Positions 39,454 to 52,949 of a stretch of 64,000 bases of DNA are shown here, in pieces (the stretch's first letter is position 1; every line of letters begins with the position of its first letter). Source of the DNA: Phoronis australis (lineage: Eukaryota > Animalia > Phoronida); NCBI GenBank assembly GCA_002633005.1, contig NMRA01000144.1, positions 790,885-854,884 of the forward strand, given 5' to 3'. Both the position numbers and the translations under genes were made by a program. Below the pieces are notes generated by a model. It was given only the letters and a program-made list of their open reading frames with translations. It had not been told where the DNA came from and searched no databases.

Positions 39454-39966
39454 GTAGGTCCTATAATAGTGTAATATGTCAGTGGTTGAGTTACGCTAGG
39501 TTTTTATTTTATGCAAATGATCTTTTTGATAGCTACTGTTATTGATGTGCCACACAGTAAACTTAATACCAATTACCAGACACCAGCTTCCTGGGACATG
39601 TGTCAGGTTCTTAACAATGTTACTTTTGATGGATTGTTTGACAAACATTTTAGACTCAGCCTGTCAATTCTGCAAAATAACGTTACTTTTCAGTTGTTTT
39701 TTTACATCTTATTTTATGTTTTCATGGAATGGTTTTGGCTAACCAATTTTTACTTAACTTTTACAGTATTTACTATGATTGTGACAGAATACACCAGAAA
39801 AGTAACAACTGGCCATGTAGTCATTGCATTTTCAACTGCTCACAAAAAATGCATTATTTCACCTATTAGACCTGCTCTATTATCTTATATACGGGATTTT
39901 ACCATAGAAATTTTTTCTCAAGAAAGCCTACGCAAAAACTCAAATCATAAAAAATTGCTTTTTCAG

Positions 39967-40234
39967 GCATTTCCAGTGTTCTGTACAGAGAATTAAGTCA
40001 GCAGCTATCATTCTGCCAGTCCGTAAACCAGTCATTTCAAGGAAGGTCTGACGTTTTGGCCAAGCTCAACCAATATCTGCTCACAGGTCATGTGACCAAA
40101 ACCGAGGATCTCAGCACGCGTCACCCACTCATCCTGCACGGGGAGAGTGGCTCGGGGAAGAGCGCCATCTGTGGAGTGTTGGCAAAAACGTGGCAGGCTG
40201 TTCAAGGATGGGAAATGGGTGTGTGCTGTGCGAG
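39967..40234 (+). CDS. qui-1: NACHT/WD40 protein coding exon 6 (Walker A)
   Basis: ttcag|GC ATT...LYRELSQQLSFCQ...FQGR...PLILHGESGSGKS...GCG AG|gtgagg. Confidence 0.95.
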
Positions 40235-40894
40235 GTGAGGTTTCTGACAATGTCAGCTAGTGTTCGTCTATGATAACACCCAGGTTCAGGCTAAATTATG
40301 TCCACATGCAAAGTTTCCAAATTTTCACTCATTCTCATTGGCTTACCAACTACCTCAATTTGTATGTTTGAGACTGCCTTGAAATGGACTGTCTTTTTCA
40401 ACACCCTTCTCGCGCAAATTGTAGCTCCCAACTACACGAAACTTGTTGACCATTGAATAACAAACGGTCAGAGTTGCAATTGCACCTTTTCTTATTTTGG
40501 TGGCCCGAAAAACGTCCATACTCTCCTATTACACAGCTGTAGGAATATGCCCAAGCTCTGTAAGACCTTATTGTATCGAGTTTCTGTGTACAGCATTATA
40601 GACTTTGTGTGAGGTTATGAACCAAGATTTTGTCCTTTCTTCCCATGCACAGGTTGGAAACTTGCAAGTGGACTATTGTTTTGGTGTCAATCATTAAGTG
40701 ACAAGTGACATCTTATGGCTTTAATTTAAATGATCAATAAAGAATAGATAAATAGGCATAGCTATTGATCATCTTCGAAATCTAAATGCCCTTTTCTTAG
40801 TTTATGAAGACCCTCTTCTGAGAAAATTATTTTGTTCATAGTTTTTTGTGCTTCATGTCGTGAACACATCCACTAAAACAAGAAACTGTAGGAA

Positions 40895-42540
40895 CACCGC
40901 ATTTATCCACCTTCACTCTTATCAGGCTTCTATTGTGAGTCAGCATGCGTGAATAATTGGCTGATAAGCCACCTCTGGAACTACTTTGGGCTCATAACGT
41001 TTAATCGTCATGAGAGACCGTCCGGAGTTGGTATATGGTGCAACTCGGGGCGGTCTGGGGTCTTCAGAAAACCTCAGTTAAACTGTGAGTCTACACCAAT
41101 GTGATAAACGAGAGTAGTTCTACTTGCTGCGTCAGCTGCTGGTATGCTTATCTCTTTTATGACACACAATGTGTGACTGGGCAAAGCGTTTTTAAAATAA
41201 TGTGGATAAATCAGTGGAGTGTGAGACCCCTGAGGTCCCTGTCCAGTCCTCACGGCAATTTTACGTTATGTGAATGGATGACCAGGCCATAAAATGATAA
41301 TTAGCCAAGACCAGTTACTATAATGCAACAAAGGACAAGTAATAATGTCTTGCATCACCTAGCCTTGGTGGAAAGCTGTATACTGTATTGGCTCAAACAA
41401 ACGCTTAGAAAAATTCATTTCACGGGGAGGGGACGCTTATTGTAGTGAGCCTACGGCAGTTGAAACCCGGTTTCCCAAACGGGTAAAATCGGAAGCTAGG
41501 ATTCATCAAATTTACGCTCTGTGACGTATTTGTAGCCTATGACAGCCTTTCTACAAAATTGTGGTGCATTGCTATCAACTTCCGTTGTTAAATTACGATA
41601 ATTTTTCAAAAAATTGTGCTCATCACAGGGCGAAAACTTGCCGACTGATGCGTCGCTGAATCGCGATCGTCAATAGGAAAACTTGTACTCTTGAATAAAA
41701 ATATAGTTTCGACTCAACAAATTACCTGAAATCTTCCTGATGTTTTACAATTTTTAAAGTTCCTGTGGAGTCCAGATTAATTGCGATTAAGTCCAAATGT
41801 GCGCTACATCGTACTCCACAACACGAGAAAAATCTCTGGATGAACACACATGTTGTTGTCACGTGACGTTTGTTTTGAAGGTCGTCTGCGTATGAGAGTG
41901 AGTGAGCGTGCGTGTGCGGGTCATCGACGATAGACTTTTTTGTTACAAAAGGCGGAGGATTATGCAAGAAAATGGCGTTTACTAGATTGTTTTTCACTTA
42001 AACGGCTGTAACGTGCAAGGTGAGTGCGCTCGCAGAGTCACATCTCGGAAGTTTCCGGTTTGACGGATGACAAAGAACGATCTCAATGAAATTACACAAA
42101 GTCGTTTTAGAGCTTGTAATAGCTATACAAAACGTATTTTGAGTATTAAAATGCATTTTTTCCAAAACCTAAATAACACACGGAGTAGTTCTACATTTAT
42201 ACAATCCTAACTTGGGGCCTATATTTTTGTATTCGTGCGCGCCGAATGAAAGTAATCGTGAGTGTTTCTGTGTTGCAAAATCTCTTATCCTGGGCCGATT
42301 TGAAAAATTCAAAGTTGTATTCGTATTTGTTTTCGCTCCTCTTTTCAAATATTACAGTAAAAACTACGTAAAATTCTCTCCATAAAAAGTACAGTTGTTA
42401 GGCTAGACTGTAATCAGCTGATCATATCCGCATGAGCGAAGTCAATTATCCTCGCTCGTGACTCGATGAATAGAGCAGCTTGGCAGCATCCCTTTGAGCA
42501 TGAGCCGAGCGCGTCTCAGCCAAGGTGGATAAATACGGTC
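40895..42540. mobile_element. TIR-bounded composite non-autonomous element
   Basis: caccgcatttatccacctt ... aaggtggataaatacggtc inverted ends; 41930-42027 is shared with 8250-8348. Confidence 0.5.
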
Positions 42541-43285
42541 TAGTTCAATTTTCCATACCCCGCCGTTTACCTTAAACACCGGGGTTAGAACCAATTTTAT
42601 TTAGTGGGAATGTTCATAGCATGACTTGCAACTTGGCACAAAAAAACATACACTAAAAGCTTTGTTGACGGAGATTCGACAAGAGTCATGTCTGATGCAT
42701 TCAAAGTGAATGATTTTAGGGACTATATGCTGTTCGTTTAAGAGAAAATTTGATTTATTGTTTTTCTTGTCAAAAATCGACCCTTTGACATTCTTTCAAT
42801 AAGGAATCTCTCACCATACCTATAGTTACATAAGTGAGAGCCATGACTCAAAGTGGCCATCATGGAATATCTAAGGACTTAGGGACAACTGGTATAACTT
42901 GGACACACTATTATTGAATTGAGCAAACTAATCCATCAAGAGAGCGAAAGAGTGAAAAATACTGATTAGTTTGGCATCTTAACCATATCAGCTTAATGTG
43001 TATAGGCGTGACATTGCATATAATGTACTGAACAAAGTCTTGCCATTTGCTCAGGACTGTTGCCATCCCTGGTAGGTGTACTGGCTATATTCAGCATGAT
43101 ATATCATTATTTATTGGAGGGATCATCTAAATCAGATACTCTGTTGTTATGACCTGGTCTGATGTCATTATAGTCTTGTGTTGGTGAAATCTTACACACA
43201 GTGTGAGTTTTCACAAAACTTCTCCGCCTGTACCATTGGTAAAGCTTTAAGTTGTAAATTGCTGAATCTCTTTATTATTTTTCAG

Positions 43286-43391
43286 GTTCGTCGGAGCTAG
43301 CTCACTGCCCAAAACTATGCTGGCAACTCTTCATAGCATCTGTCAACAAATAGACTCCGCCTATAGCCTCAGTCTCACACAGTTCTGCAAG
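43286..43391 (+). CDS. qui-1: NACHT/WD40 protein coding exon 7
   Basis: ttcag|G TTC GTC GGA...TGC AAG|gtacat; RFVGASS...LHSICQQI (NWD motif RFxGxT...LxSICxQI). Confidence 0.93.
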
Positions 43392-43948
43392 GTACATGTA
43401 TTTCACATCTTGATGGGGAACAAGTTTATCTCATACATTTAAACTTTGTTATATCAATATTTACAGATTCCAAGAGGTAGGTTATGCTGGTGCTGGTTTA
43501 ATATATGTACCATACCATAGGTTTTACCTCATCACCATATACGTAAATGAGCTTCTAATCCAACGCTTTTCTGTAACTGCATGCGGTGATATAGGCTTTT
43601 CTATTCTCACAATTTCTAGCATAGTTTTCAAGTGCAATCTTTTAGAGCACCTGAGATCTGGTTTGCCCGTGAATGGGATTATCTATATATCTTCTTTATT
43701 GTATACATGGTCACCAGACTACAGAATTTAAATGTCAGAACACTTCTGGGACATGGTGTTAAATCCTTTAAAACATGTTCATACTTTCAAACATAAATTT
43801 TACTTGTTTGACATACATACTAGATCTGTGACAGCAGAAGTGCACAGTCCTGGATGCATTGTGTGTTTTTAGACTATTTGAAGTCTCTTAATTTATCCTC
43901 TATCTTATTTGAGCAATAGTAATGAAAATACATTTAATCTGTTAACAG

Positions 43949-44140
43949 AATGGTAAGCAGCTTTATACAGCCATAAAAGAAACAATCTCATCCCAGCCGC
44001 CTCAGCACCCTCTATTGGTCATGATTGATGGCTTTGATCAGCTTGTAGATGGCGATGTTGAGTCGTTGTCATGGTTACCCAGGGATCTTCCACCTAATGT
44101 CAGAGTGATCATCTCATCTTCTAAGCCGGATGTATTCAAA
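43949..44140 (+). CDS. qui-1: NACHT/WD40 protein coding exon 8 (Walker B)
   Basis: aacag|AAT GGT...PLLVMIDGFDQL...LSWLPRDLPPNVRVIISS...TTC AAA|gtaaga. Confidence 0.95.
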
Positions 44141-44988
44141 GTAAGATTTGCCATTGATAAACATTATTTATCAACTTGTAAGTTGTTTTGAGAATCACTG
44201 TATTTTGTTATGAATAGGGCCAACGGTTTTGAGTCACGTTTTGACATATTGTCTTTTACTTTAATATCCATGAAATGTGTTTTTAATGGTGAGGTTTTGG
44301 TACTGTGGTTCAGCCTGCAGTTACCTCCATCGTTGCCAGAGTTAATATTGTCAAACTGTTCTCAACTCAGGTGATAAAGAGCACTTTTTTCTTGTGGGAA
44401 GGTGAGTGAATGTTAAGTGAATCGGACGTGTGATGGTGATCCTCTCGTGCAGTCCGAGTTGAATGCAATACACTTGACAGGACTGCATGCAGAATTTTGT
44501 GTATTATGACTGGAAAGCAAAGTTCATTGATCATTTGGGTAATTAGTACGATTAGTGGCTTAGAATTTTGCAGAGGGTTGTAAATTGTTTGTGTCATTCA
44601 CACACAATAAGTCTTTTGAAACTGATATGCAAGGTTAGTGAAAACAGTTTTGTGAACCCTGCTCTTAGTCATATAACTGTCACTGTAGGTCTATGCAACG
44701 AAGGGTTTATGGTCCTGGTTGAGAATATAACTGTTTTATTACCTCCTATTGATTCTAAATACCCAAGCCCAGAATGATATCTGTTTTTTCTATCAAGATC
44801 TAATTTTTGTCACAGACAATGGCTCAAACTGAAGCATTTTTCTCACTCTGTGCCTTGCACTTTGTCATTTCTGTTTTATAAGTTCATCAAAACTTAATTG
44901 GTCTCATTAATCACTAAACTAACTGCTTAGACATACTTGTGTTTATTTCACATTTCTAATCTTATTCTGACATCTGTTATCATTTCAG

Positions 44989-46584
44989 AACATCGTCACA
45001 GACAATGACTACTACCTTAGTGTGCGACCTCTCAATGTAGATGAATGTTCGGCCATTTTGGGCCATGCACTGACATCGCACAACCGCACATTAACCTCTG
45101 AACAGAAAAAGTCTATTGTTAACGATTTAACTACTCAAGGTTTGGCACTGTATGCCTGCACTGCGGCGGACATTGCCCGAAAGCTGAGTAGCTTTTCTGT
45201 GGACAATTTGTCTTGTGATAGTATTCAGGAGCTGGTCTGCCAATTACTTGACAAACTCGAATCAATACACGGCAAGGAGATTGTTTCCTGTATTATCACT
45301 TATCTATGCATCACCTGCAATGGGCTGTCAGATACTGAAATACTAGACTTGCTTTTCTGTGATAACCGCGTCAGTGACTCTTGCAAAGAACAACAGTTGC
45401 CGAGGAAATCGTGGCCCGTTCTGCGTGGACAACTGACCGGACTAGTGATCTGTCTCACTTCCCAGGCTGCCTCTGTTTATGTTTTGGCTAATCGAGCAGT
45501 GAAAGATATTGTTGAACAGAGGTATGCTGTCAAACTTCTTGGTTCCAGAGAAATATTATTGAAGTATTTCAGTGGACAGTTGGGGTCTTGTTGTGTTATG
45601 GAGAGTCGTAGACACTGCCTGGAACTACCATTAATGCTGTCACTGGCACAGATAGGTAATGCAAAAAGTCTCTTATTTGATATTGATTGGCTGTCTCGCA
45701 AGCTTGTTTCAGCGGGAGTCTTCAGCCTGCTTTGTGATGTTTACCAACTTAGGCTCCAAGATTCCACTTGTAAAGACTTGGAGTTGTTACAAACCTTACT
45801 CACATCGTCATCACTGTGCCTGTTGAGTCACCCTAGTCATCTACCACTGAAACTGAAGACACTTCTTGAACCCCAGCTACAATCGCAGGACTGTCCTTTA
45901 TTAAAAGGCCTGTGCAATGATCTACAGGGGACATATATGCTGCCTTCAGCAGAAATCTTAGCAGAGACTTGTGGTTTAAGGTCAGGTGACGACATAAAGA
46001 AGTCTGTAATCATGGGTATCTTCCGCATTCCTTCCTGTCCGAATCATGTGGTTTCTGTTGCAACAGACAAAGGCGAAGTAAGTGTTTGGGATGTCAAAAG
46101 TCAAAAGCTGATGCGGTGTCTTTCTGGAGTGGCCTTGCCACGTAATGTCAAAATGGTGGATGCCGACAAAGCTGTTGTTCTTTGCAACCGTGAACTGAAG
46201 GTGTACAATCTCAATGAAGGCACTATGCAGGCAAAGATGAAGGGGGTGCTGAATGTGAAGATGCCGTACTTCGGTATTCATGATGCTGACCATGTGGTGG
46301 CCCTGTCACGAAACAGGATGTATGTGAACATCATGAACATGCACACAGGTGACATGGCTGCCACATTCAAGGTCGGTGAGGATCGTTTTCTCAACAGCCT
46401 CGTTGTCAGTCAGAATGGTAACATGTGCGTCTGCGGTGATGAGGTTCAAAAGCCATTCCCACTGCTTGTCTGGGATCTGCCCAACCGGAAGCTAGTACAT
46501 GACTTCCGTATTGCCGGCCACGAATTCTGGACAGCCATGTCAGCCATTACTAATGATGGTCACTACTTTGTCTGTGTCTGTAAG
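44989..46584 (+). CDS. qui-1: NACHT/WD40 protein coding exon 9 (helical domains and WD40 repeats)
   Basis: ttcag|AAC...TGT AAG|gtatgt, 1596 nt open; GLSDTEILDLL, VVALSRNRMYVN, GEDRFLNSL, QKPFPLLVWDL. Confidence 0.96.
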
Positions 46585-47309
46585 GTATGTGGAATTTTCT
46601 TTTTGGACAAATTGTTCAATTTAAAGGTATATTGAGTGTTGTTTTAGTAATATGACTGTTACCTTGAGACATCCTGTTTCACAAAATGACGAGTGTCTAA
46701 CGTCTTGATTTGATTTTGCTCACCTCATTAATGTCATAAAACTATGTGCCTGTTGTCTGTTGGCAGTCCGGTCAGCTGGCTCTTCATTGTGTTAGCAGGG
46801 AATGGGATAATTGAAGCTTGCACTTTAGTGCATAAATTTAATTGGGTTTTGACTTGAATTTTCACCTGTACTTAAGATCTGCCAAGAAGCCCACCTCCCA
46901 CTATTTCTGAATTTTGTTTTTTTTTTTAAGTGCACATCCTTGGCTTAACACCCACTTCGAGTTTGCGATTGAGACTTCCTTTTGAGTTCCCTAATTTAAT
47001 CACCCCTGGGCATCAGTGTTAATAGCCTTTTCCTGTACAGTGCTGATTTTGTTCACGTTGTTTTGCTGTCCGACGATGATTTTTTAGTAAATGAACGACC
47101 ATATTTTGCAACAACAAATGGGAAGTAGTGGTCAATGATATATATTAAAAACAGCCTTGCATTAGACATTCTGTACAAAGTGCCCTTTGCTATACCTATA
47201 CATTTCAAGCTTAACTGTGGCTGTTTTACTTTGTCATAGGTCATGAGCCTTTTTATTTTTTATTATTTATGTTGTTGACTTTGATATTTGCTTGGTTTTC
47301 ACTTGGCAG

Positions 47310-47494
47310 GAGCTGGATGAGCCAGCACCCAACTTCCTCATTGTCTACGACTTGCAGAGTGGTCAGCTGTTTAAGAAGTGGAAGCCCGAGTCCAACACAA
47401 CAGCTGTGGCCATCTCATCTGAGAGTAACCTGGTGGTCAGTGCCTGTGAGGACATGTCAGTCATAGTCTGGGATATGGTGGCTGGCTCTGCCAG
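47310..47494 (+). CDS. qui-1: NACHT/WD40 protein coding exon 10
   Basis: ggcag|ELDEPAPNFLIVYDLQSGQLFKKWKP...VIVWDMVAGSA AG|gtaact. Confidence 0.95.
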
Positions 47495-48447
47495 GTAACT
47501 TGTTAATGAGCTCATGTGCTCTTTAGGAGTTAGTGCCTTTATGGAGAATGTGATGTGCAAATCAACATGAATAGAATACGGGAATTAGTTTGTGTGGATT
47601 TGATGTAGTAATAGGGCCATCCTGGATTACACGGCGGTAGAACTCCCCTTTATTTCGGAGTTAAGAAAGCACGTGACCTCGTTTTGTAAATCAGGAACAT
47701 TTTTATGTCTCACTTTGATGTCAGGAAGGCGAAGAATTTCACATCCCACTTACACGGGTGTTTGTCCAGTTAATAAACTTTCTCACGTCGAAGTTGCAGC
47801 CCACAGCACAGCTGGCAGTAATCATGACTTTGTTGGCATTGGAAGCAGAATAATGCAACTGAGGAAAACTTGTAAAGAATCAGACAACAACAAATAACTT
47901 ATGATAACTCCAATGGCATAAAAACGAGGTACATAATGTGCCTGACAGATGTTCACTGCATGGTGGGTAAATACAGTGAGGTTAGAGTGATGCCGTGGAA
48001 TCTGGGATGGCCCTATTGATCTCATAAAGGCAACAAAAAGTATTACTTGTGTGCGTTAAGTTAGTTGAGTACGACATACATTTACTGGAAATTAAATTAT
48101 GAAAGATTTTTTAGGTTTGAAGCTAAAATTAAAATATGCGTAGTGTTACGTCATGATGCTATTAAACCGTTTATGCTGTAGATAAATTTGTGTGTGCAGT
48201 TGAATCATTTCACATTAAGGGAAAGTAATGTTAGGAAAAGCATAAACATTGGTGAAGTTAATGTGCCATGATCAGTTGTCACTGTAAAATCATCAGAATG
48301 TTCTAAGCTGATTTATGTTTTGTGTACCTACTGCAAAATGGATGTGAATGTGTACAGACTAGCTTCAACTTACACTTAGACGGCAGTATAGTATCATGAA
48401 TGATGTTATGTCCTCTGTCATGCATTGATTTGGTTCTTCCATTGTAG

Positions 48448-48572
48448 ACATGAGCTGCATGGTCACTCAGTCCCTGTGGACACCATCAAGTTCTCTGATG
48501 ATGGTCTGCGATGTGTGACCTACAACAGCCTGGGTAAAGATATGGCCATCTTCCTCTGGGACTTGTCTTCAG
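48448..48572 (+). CDS. qui-1: NACHT/WD40 protein coding exon 11
   Basis: tgtag|A HELHGHSVPV...AIFLWDLSS G|gtgacg; GH...WD repeat. Confidence 0.93.
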
Positions 48573-49602
48573 GTGACGCTAAATTGTATATTATTCAATA
48601 CGGCTGCTGTTGCAGTTATCCTTGTATAGAGGGAATACTTAACCCCAGATTTGGGCAAAATACATTAAAATGTTGCGGACAAATTACCTTGAAAGTTGAC
48701 AAAATCGCTTGCCATCAAGCAGCAAAAGTTGCGATTTACTTATCCGTGTTTGGAAAATTCAAAATTACAAAGTTTAACTGCAGCCTCTGTTGTATGTGTT
48801 TTTCAGCTCGGGGAAGAGTGAATTGGCATGTTTCTTGGTTTTTATAAGTAAAACAAGTTTCACAGAAAATGTTAACTTGTTTTTTCTACAAATTTGAATG
48901 TGAATGTTAATGGTAATAACTGCAGGAGATACTCAATTTTCAATACAAAATTTCGTCATGAAAAAATATGATCAAGTAGCTGTATACTCGAAGTATCTAT
49001 AAAAATATCTATAAATTCTGTATCCATACAATAATAAAAATATTGGATCACCCATAGATAAATCTCAATCTCCATCTTAAAACTTTCACAGCCCTAAACG
49101 TTTAAGAGTGTAGACTAACTTTTGGAAGCAATCTTGCTATTTTAGTGGTTCTTAAGTTTTCCAAAAATGTTCATAGAATAAGGTTAATTTGTAATGGTGA
49201 AAAATGAAATTTGTCATGAAATCATGAATTAAACAATGGCCTCATAATGAGTGCTTTCAAAGTCTGTTTGGAGCAATTTTACCCTTATCACTGGGTATAA
49301 AATTGATATTTCTGGATAAAATGCTCCAGTCACACAATATTGTAATTAATTGATGCGTAGCATGTTTGGTGCCTAACTGTATACGGAGATCGTTCATGTG
49401 CCATATGTTATGCAGCGGATAATTTATCATGTATGGAGTGCACACTGTGTGAACTATCTTGGTGAAACATATGTATTGTTGACGTTGGTGACCAGCCATC
49501 AAATTTCTACTCATCCAGTGCCTTTTTAGTTGCATTGTCCACTGTGAGAAGTATGCTTTATGTGATTGAGCTGTGAATGACCTATCTATATGCTTGTTTC
49601 AG

Positions 49603-49817
49603 GTCAATGTTTAGGTACCTATTCACCTGATGACCCTGTCACATGCTGCGAGATCTCTGCTGATGGATCAATGGTTTTTGTGGCGTTACCAGGCAACGAT
49701 GTTATGGTCACGCTTAAACCATGTGCACTGGGATCTGAATGGAGACTAGAGGGCGCCATGTGCTACGGCAATGAGTCTCTTCAAGGGCAAACATTGGATC
49801 TTAGTCAAGCGGGTTGA
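49603..49817 (+). CDS. qui-1: NACHT/WD40 protein final coding exon 12
   Basis: ttcag|GT CAA TGT TTA GGT...TGA; the 12 exons sum to 3915 nt = 1304 aa plus stop, with all phases compatible. Confidence 0.9.
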
Positions 49818-51070
49818 GAGTTGACAATTCGTTGCGGGAATCTGTTTGTTTTTACTTTATCAAAGACAGATCTGTGATAAGGTTTCTAACCACTGTTATT
49901 CTGATTATATTCAGTATTTTCTGTTACTTTATAGATGACTGTTATTTAATCTGTGTGTGTGTTCAAGAGTTATTTTACAGAGATTCTCTAGCACTGCGGT
50001 GTATACCGGGGTAGTTCTTTAGCAGATTTTCATTAACACAAACTTGTTTGGAAACACAGCTGTCCATGCACTTGCAGGGTAGGTCCATTCAAGACCATTT
50101 TTACATCAACATGGTCGGAAAATAACTAGGAAAGAAATAGTAAATAATAGCACTATTGGCTATGTTGGACTTGACCCGTTTTGGAGTCATGAAAAACCTG
50201 TGCTGAATGAGCTGCTCACAGGTGTTTACCACATGCTGGCTCTGTTCCATTAGGCTTGAGGGCTTCCTTCCACATTTTATTTTCACACTGTCTACTTGTA
50301 TGTCCTCTACCGGCAGTCACTGTTTATTTCACTTCCACCACATTCATTTTAACATATGCCTGAGGATTAGAAGTGTGTCTTTGAAATGTAGCTGCCCTTT
50401 TAACTTGTTTGTTTGTAATCTCTATTGGCTATTTGCTTTACTTACTGCACACCAGAAAATTGGAAATTGTAACGAATGTACATCAAGCTGGCCAATAGAA
50501 AGTACAGTAGTGTTTCCAATCAAGTTTGTGTTAATGGGATGGTACCGAACTATACTGATACTACACTGAATATAATTCTGATGTACAAACTGCAAATGAT
50601 AATTAAAACTTAAAAGTTTTGTATTGTTTACACACGGGCAAAATTTTTATATCAAAACAGCCAAAAATGATGGCAGAAAGTTTAACAATTATCAGCTTTA
50701 TTTAGTATGATAATGTAATCCGCTGTGAAACATGACTTCTCTGTGCACTTACTTTTTAAAGTCATTAGTGATCAATTGTTGCAACTGAATGATGTATAGG
50801 CATATTTGTTATGCTTTTTTACATTGTATTCTGTTGTTAACGTTAATCAGAATGGCATGAACTAGTCTCTAGGCTTCATACATGTATATTGTTAATGTTA
50901 GAACAGTGTCTTCTGTAATACCCTGATGCATTTCTCAGCCATGTAATACCCATGCTTTTGAGTTATTCTGCAGGAATTTCTATTTTTAATTGTCATACTT
51001 CCCCCGCACATGCTTTTAAACTTACTAGTGCCACTTTACTTTAAGTTTCACACTGAAGTTTTCCCCTTAA

Positions 51071-51382
51071 AGCCCCACATTTGAAAAGCATTGTTCTGGT
51101 CCATGCTTTTAGTTGGAAGCGTTTTGTTTTTTAATAAGGCGTGTTAGCTCCAAACTGCATGTCCTAAAACCAACGACAAAATGGAGTTAACTGATTGATT
51201 CAGTAGGATGATTCACAACTGACTGAGCAGAATCATTCCACTTGGAATCTATGATCAATTTCTGTCCTTGGTTTGAGGATGTGCACTTTGAGTGTTGATG
51301 CGCCTTATTAAAAAACAAAACGCTTTCAACTCAAAGCATGAACCAGAACAATGTTTTTCAAATATGGCGTTTTATGGGGGCT
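51071..51382. mobile_element. Palindromic MITE with Kolobok-like ends
   Basis: TTAA-AGCCCC...GGGGCT-TTAA; arms catttgaaaagcattgttctggtccatgctttt...aataaggcg pair with cgccttatt...aaagcatgaaccagaacaatgtttttcaaat over ~140 bp. Confidence 0.8.
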
Positions 51383-52183
51383 TTAATGATATTTTGATGT
51401 CACGTTCAAAATTGTTACCTTGATATAGTTTCATTAGTCATGAAACTCCATGACTAATTTACAATCTAAAGATGGCATGTTGGTGTATTCAGAATTTGTT
51501 CAGGTGCAAACTTCAACACTGAAGCTGAAGGATATTATAAGTATGCTGTACTGCCAATGGAAAGTGTGAGGTCATTGTATTTGTGGATAGTTCAGGAGAT
51601 TCTGCCACTCTTGGGTCTAACTCTTGGCAGGATCAAAATTAGCAAATGAAAAATGACCTGTTGAACTGTTTTAGAAGACATTAGGTTAATATGCTAGTCT
51701 GCATGGTTCACCATAATTATGTAGACATGGGCTTCAGATTTCAAAAATATGCTTTTGCTGGATTTTGCCTAATTGAAACAAATGTCTTAGTGCAATAAGG
51801 CTACTGCCATATTGTTTGTCTCCAATGTTGAGTAGTTGTCAATAACGTGACCTAATCACTTTCCTCCTTATTTCATGAAGTTGTCTTGAGGTGGGTTATG
51901 CGCAATTCCCAATTTAAACAGCCAGGCTATTTTTATATTATAATTTGGCTGATGCCTTAACCTCTGACTACCAGACAACAAAAAGTGAAAAATTTCAAGG
52001 TATGGCTTTTGTGCCGTGTATCTTATCTGATGAGTTGACCTCAGTTTATAACAATTTTTATGACCCCTGGTACCGGGGGTTCTTCTTTAATCAACTTTTC
52101 CAAGTGCTTGTGTGGGGCAATTACTTGCCTGCTATTAGGAAATGTTCAGGGTTTTAATCCAATCTGAGTACTATTTTCTTGGC

Positions 52184-52189
52184 AATAAA
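52184..52189 (+). terminator. Candidate polyadenylation signal of the NACHT/WD40 gene
   Basis: AATAAA followed by a T/GT-rich tract (~52190-52250). Confidence 0.4.
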
Positions 52190-52949
52190 GTCTTTCTTTT
52201 ACAAACATTTTTTTAGTTTCGTTATGTTTTTTTGTATGTTTCATTTTCTGTGCTCTGTCCCGCAGCAGGAATCTTCATTTTTTTAATTTGATCCATCTCC
52301 GTAAAATAGGGGTGCATTATTTTCGGAAAGTGCTGCGTTAGTAGCATCGGTTACTGAAGTTGATTTAGTAAATTGTGGTAGGATTGTCTCCCCTGGAGTT
52401 CCTTCAACACGCGTGAAATATTCTGAATTTCATTGCTGACGTTAACTGAACTTGTGCTCTTTAGGCTCTAGACTGTTCTCTAGAGACATTGACCTTGCGA
52501 TACAGCAAACACTTCAAATGTAAGACATCAAAACTTGTGTATAGCAATTATTTTTAAAATTTTGTGGTATGTCAGATCGAAAGTAAAATTCAACGCTACT
52601 TATCAGATACCTTAATCGTTCACCTTCAACGATGCAATTGAGCATTTCAAACAATTGACTATTTGCGAATACATTCAAAACTCGTTGTACGTGTAATAAA
52701 TGGCGACAGGGTACATTCTGTTTCTGCCAAAAAACGATGCTTCCATCTTGACGACGTCAAATTTTAAGGGTTGGCTATCTGACAGATGCTGAGCGGCGGT
52801 AACCCTAAGTTCAGCGCCTGCGCGCTCTCAATTTTTTCTCATTAGCTCAGCTAACGTAAACCATTTTTTACATTTATTTGGAAAAAATGCGAGTGGAATT
52901 AAGATATACATACATTTGATCAGAAATTAGAATTATCCATCCGAAAATT

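Noticed and set aside
39511-39996. 161-aa ORF and similar hydrophobic ORFs (9236, 16069, 32845, 50207)
   Set aside because: Intronic, UTR or repeat-derived T-rich frames without recognisable domains or splice support.
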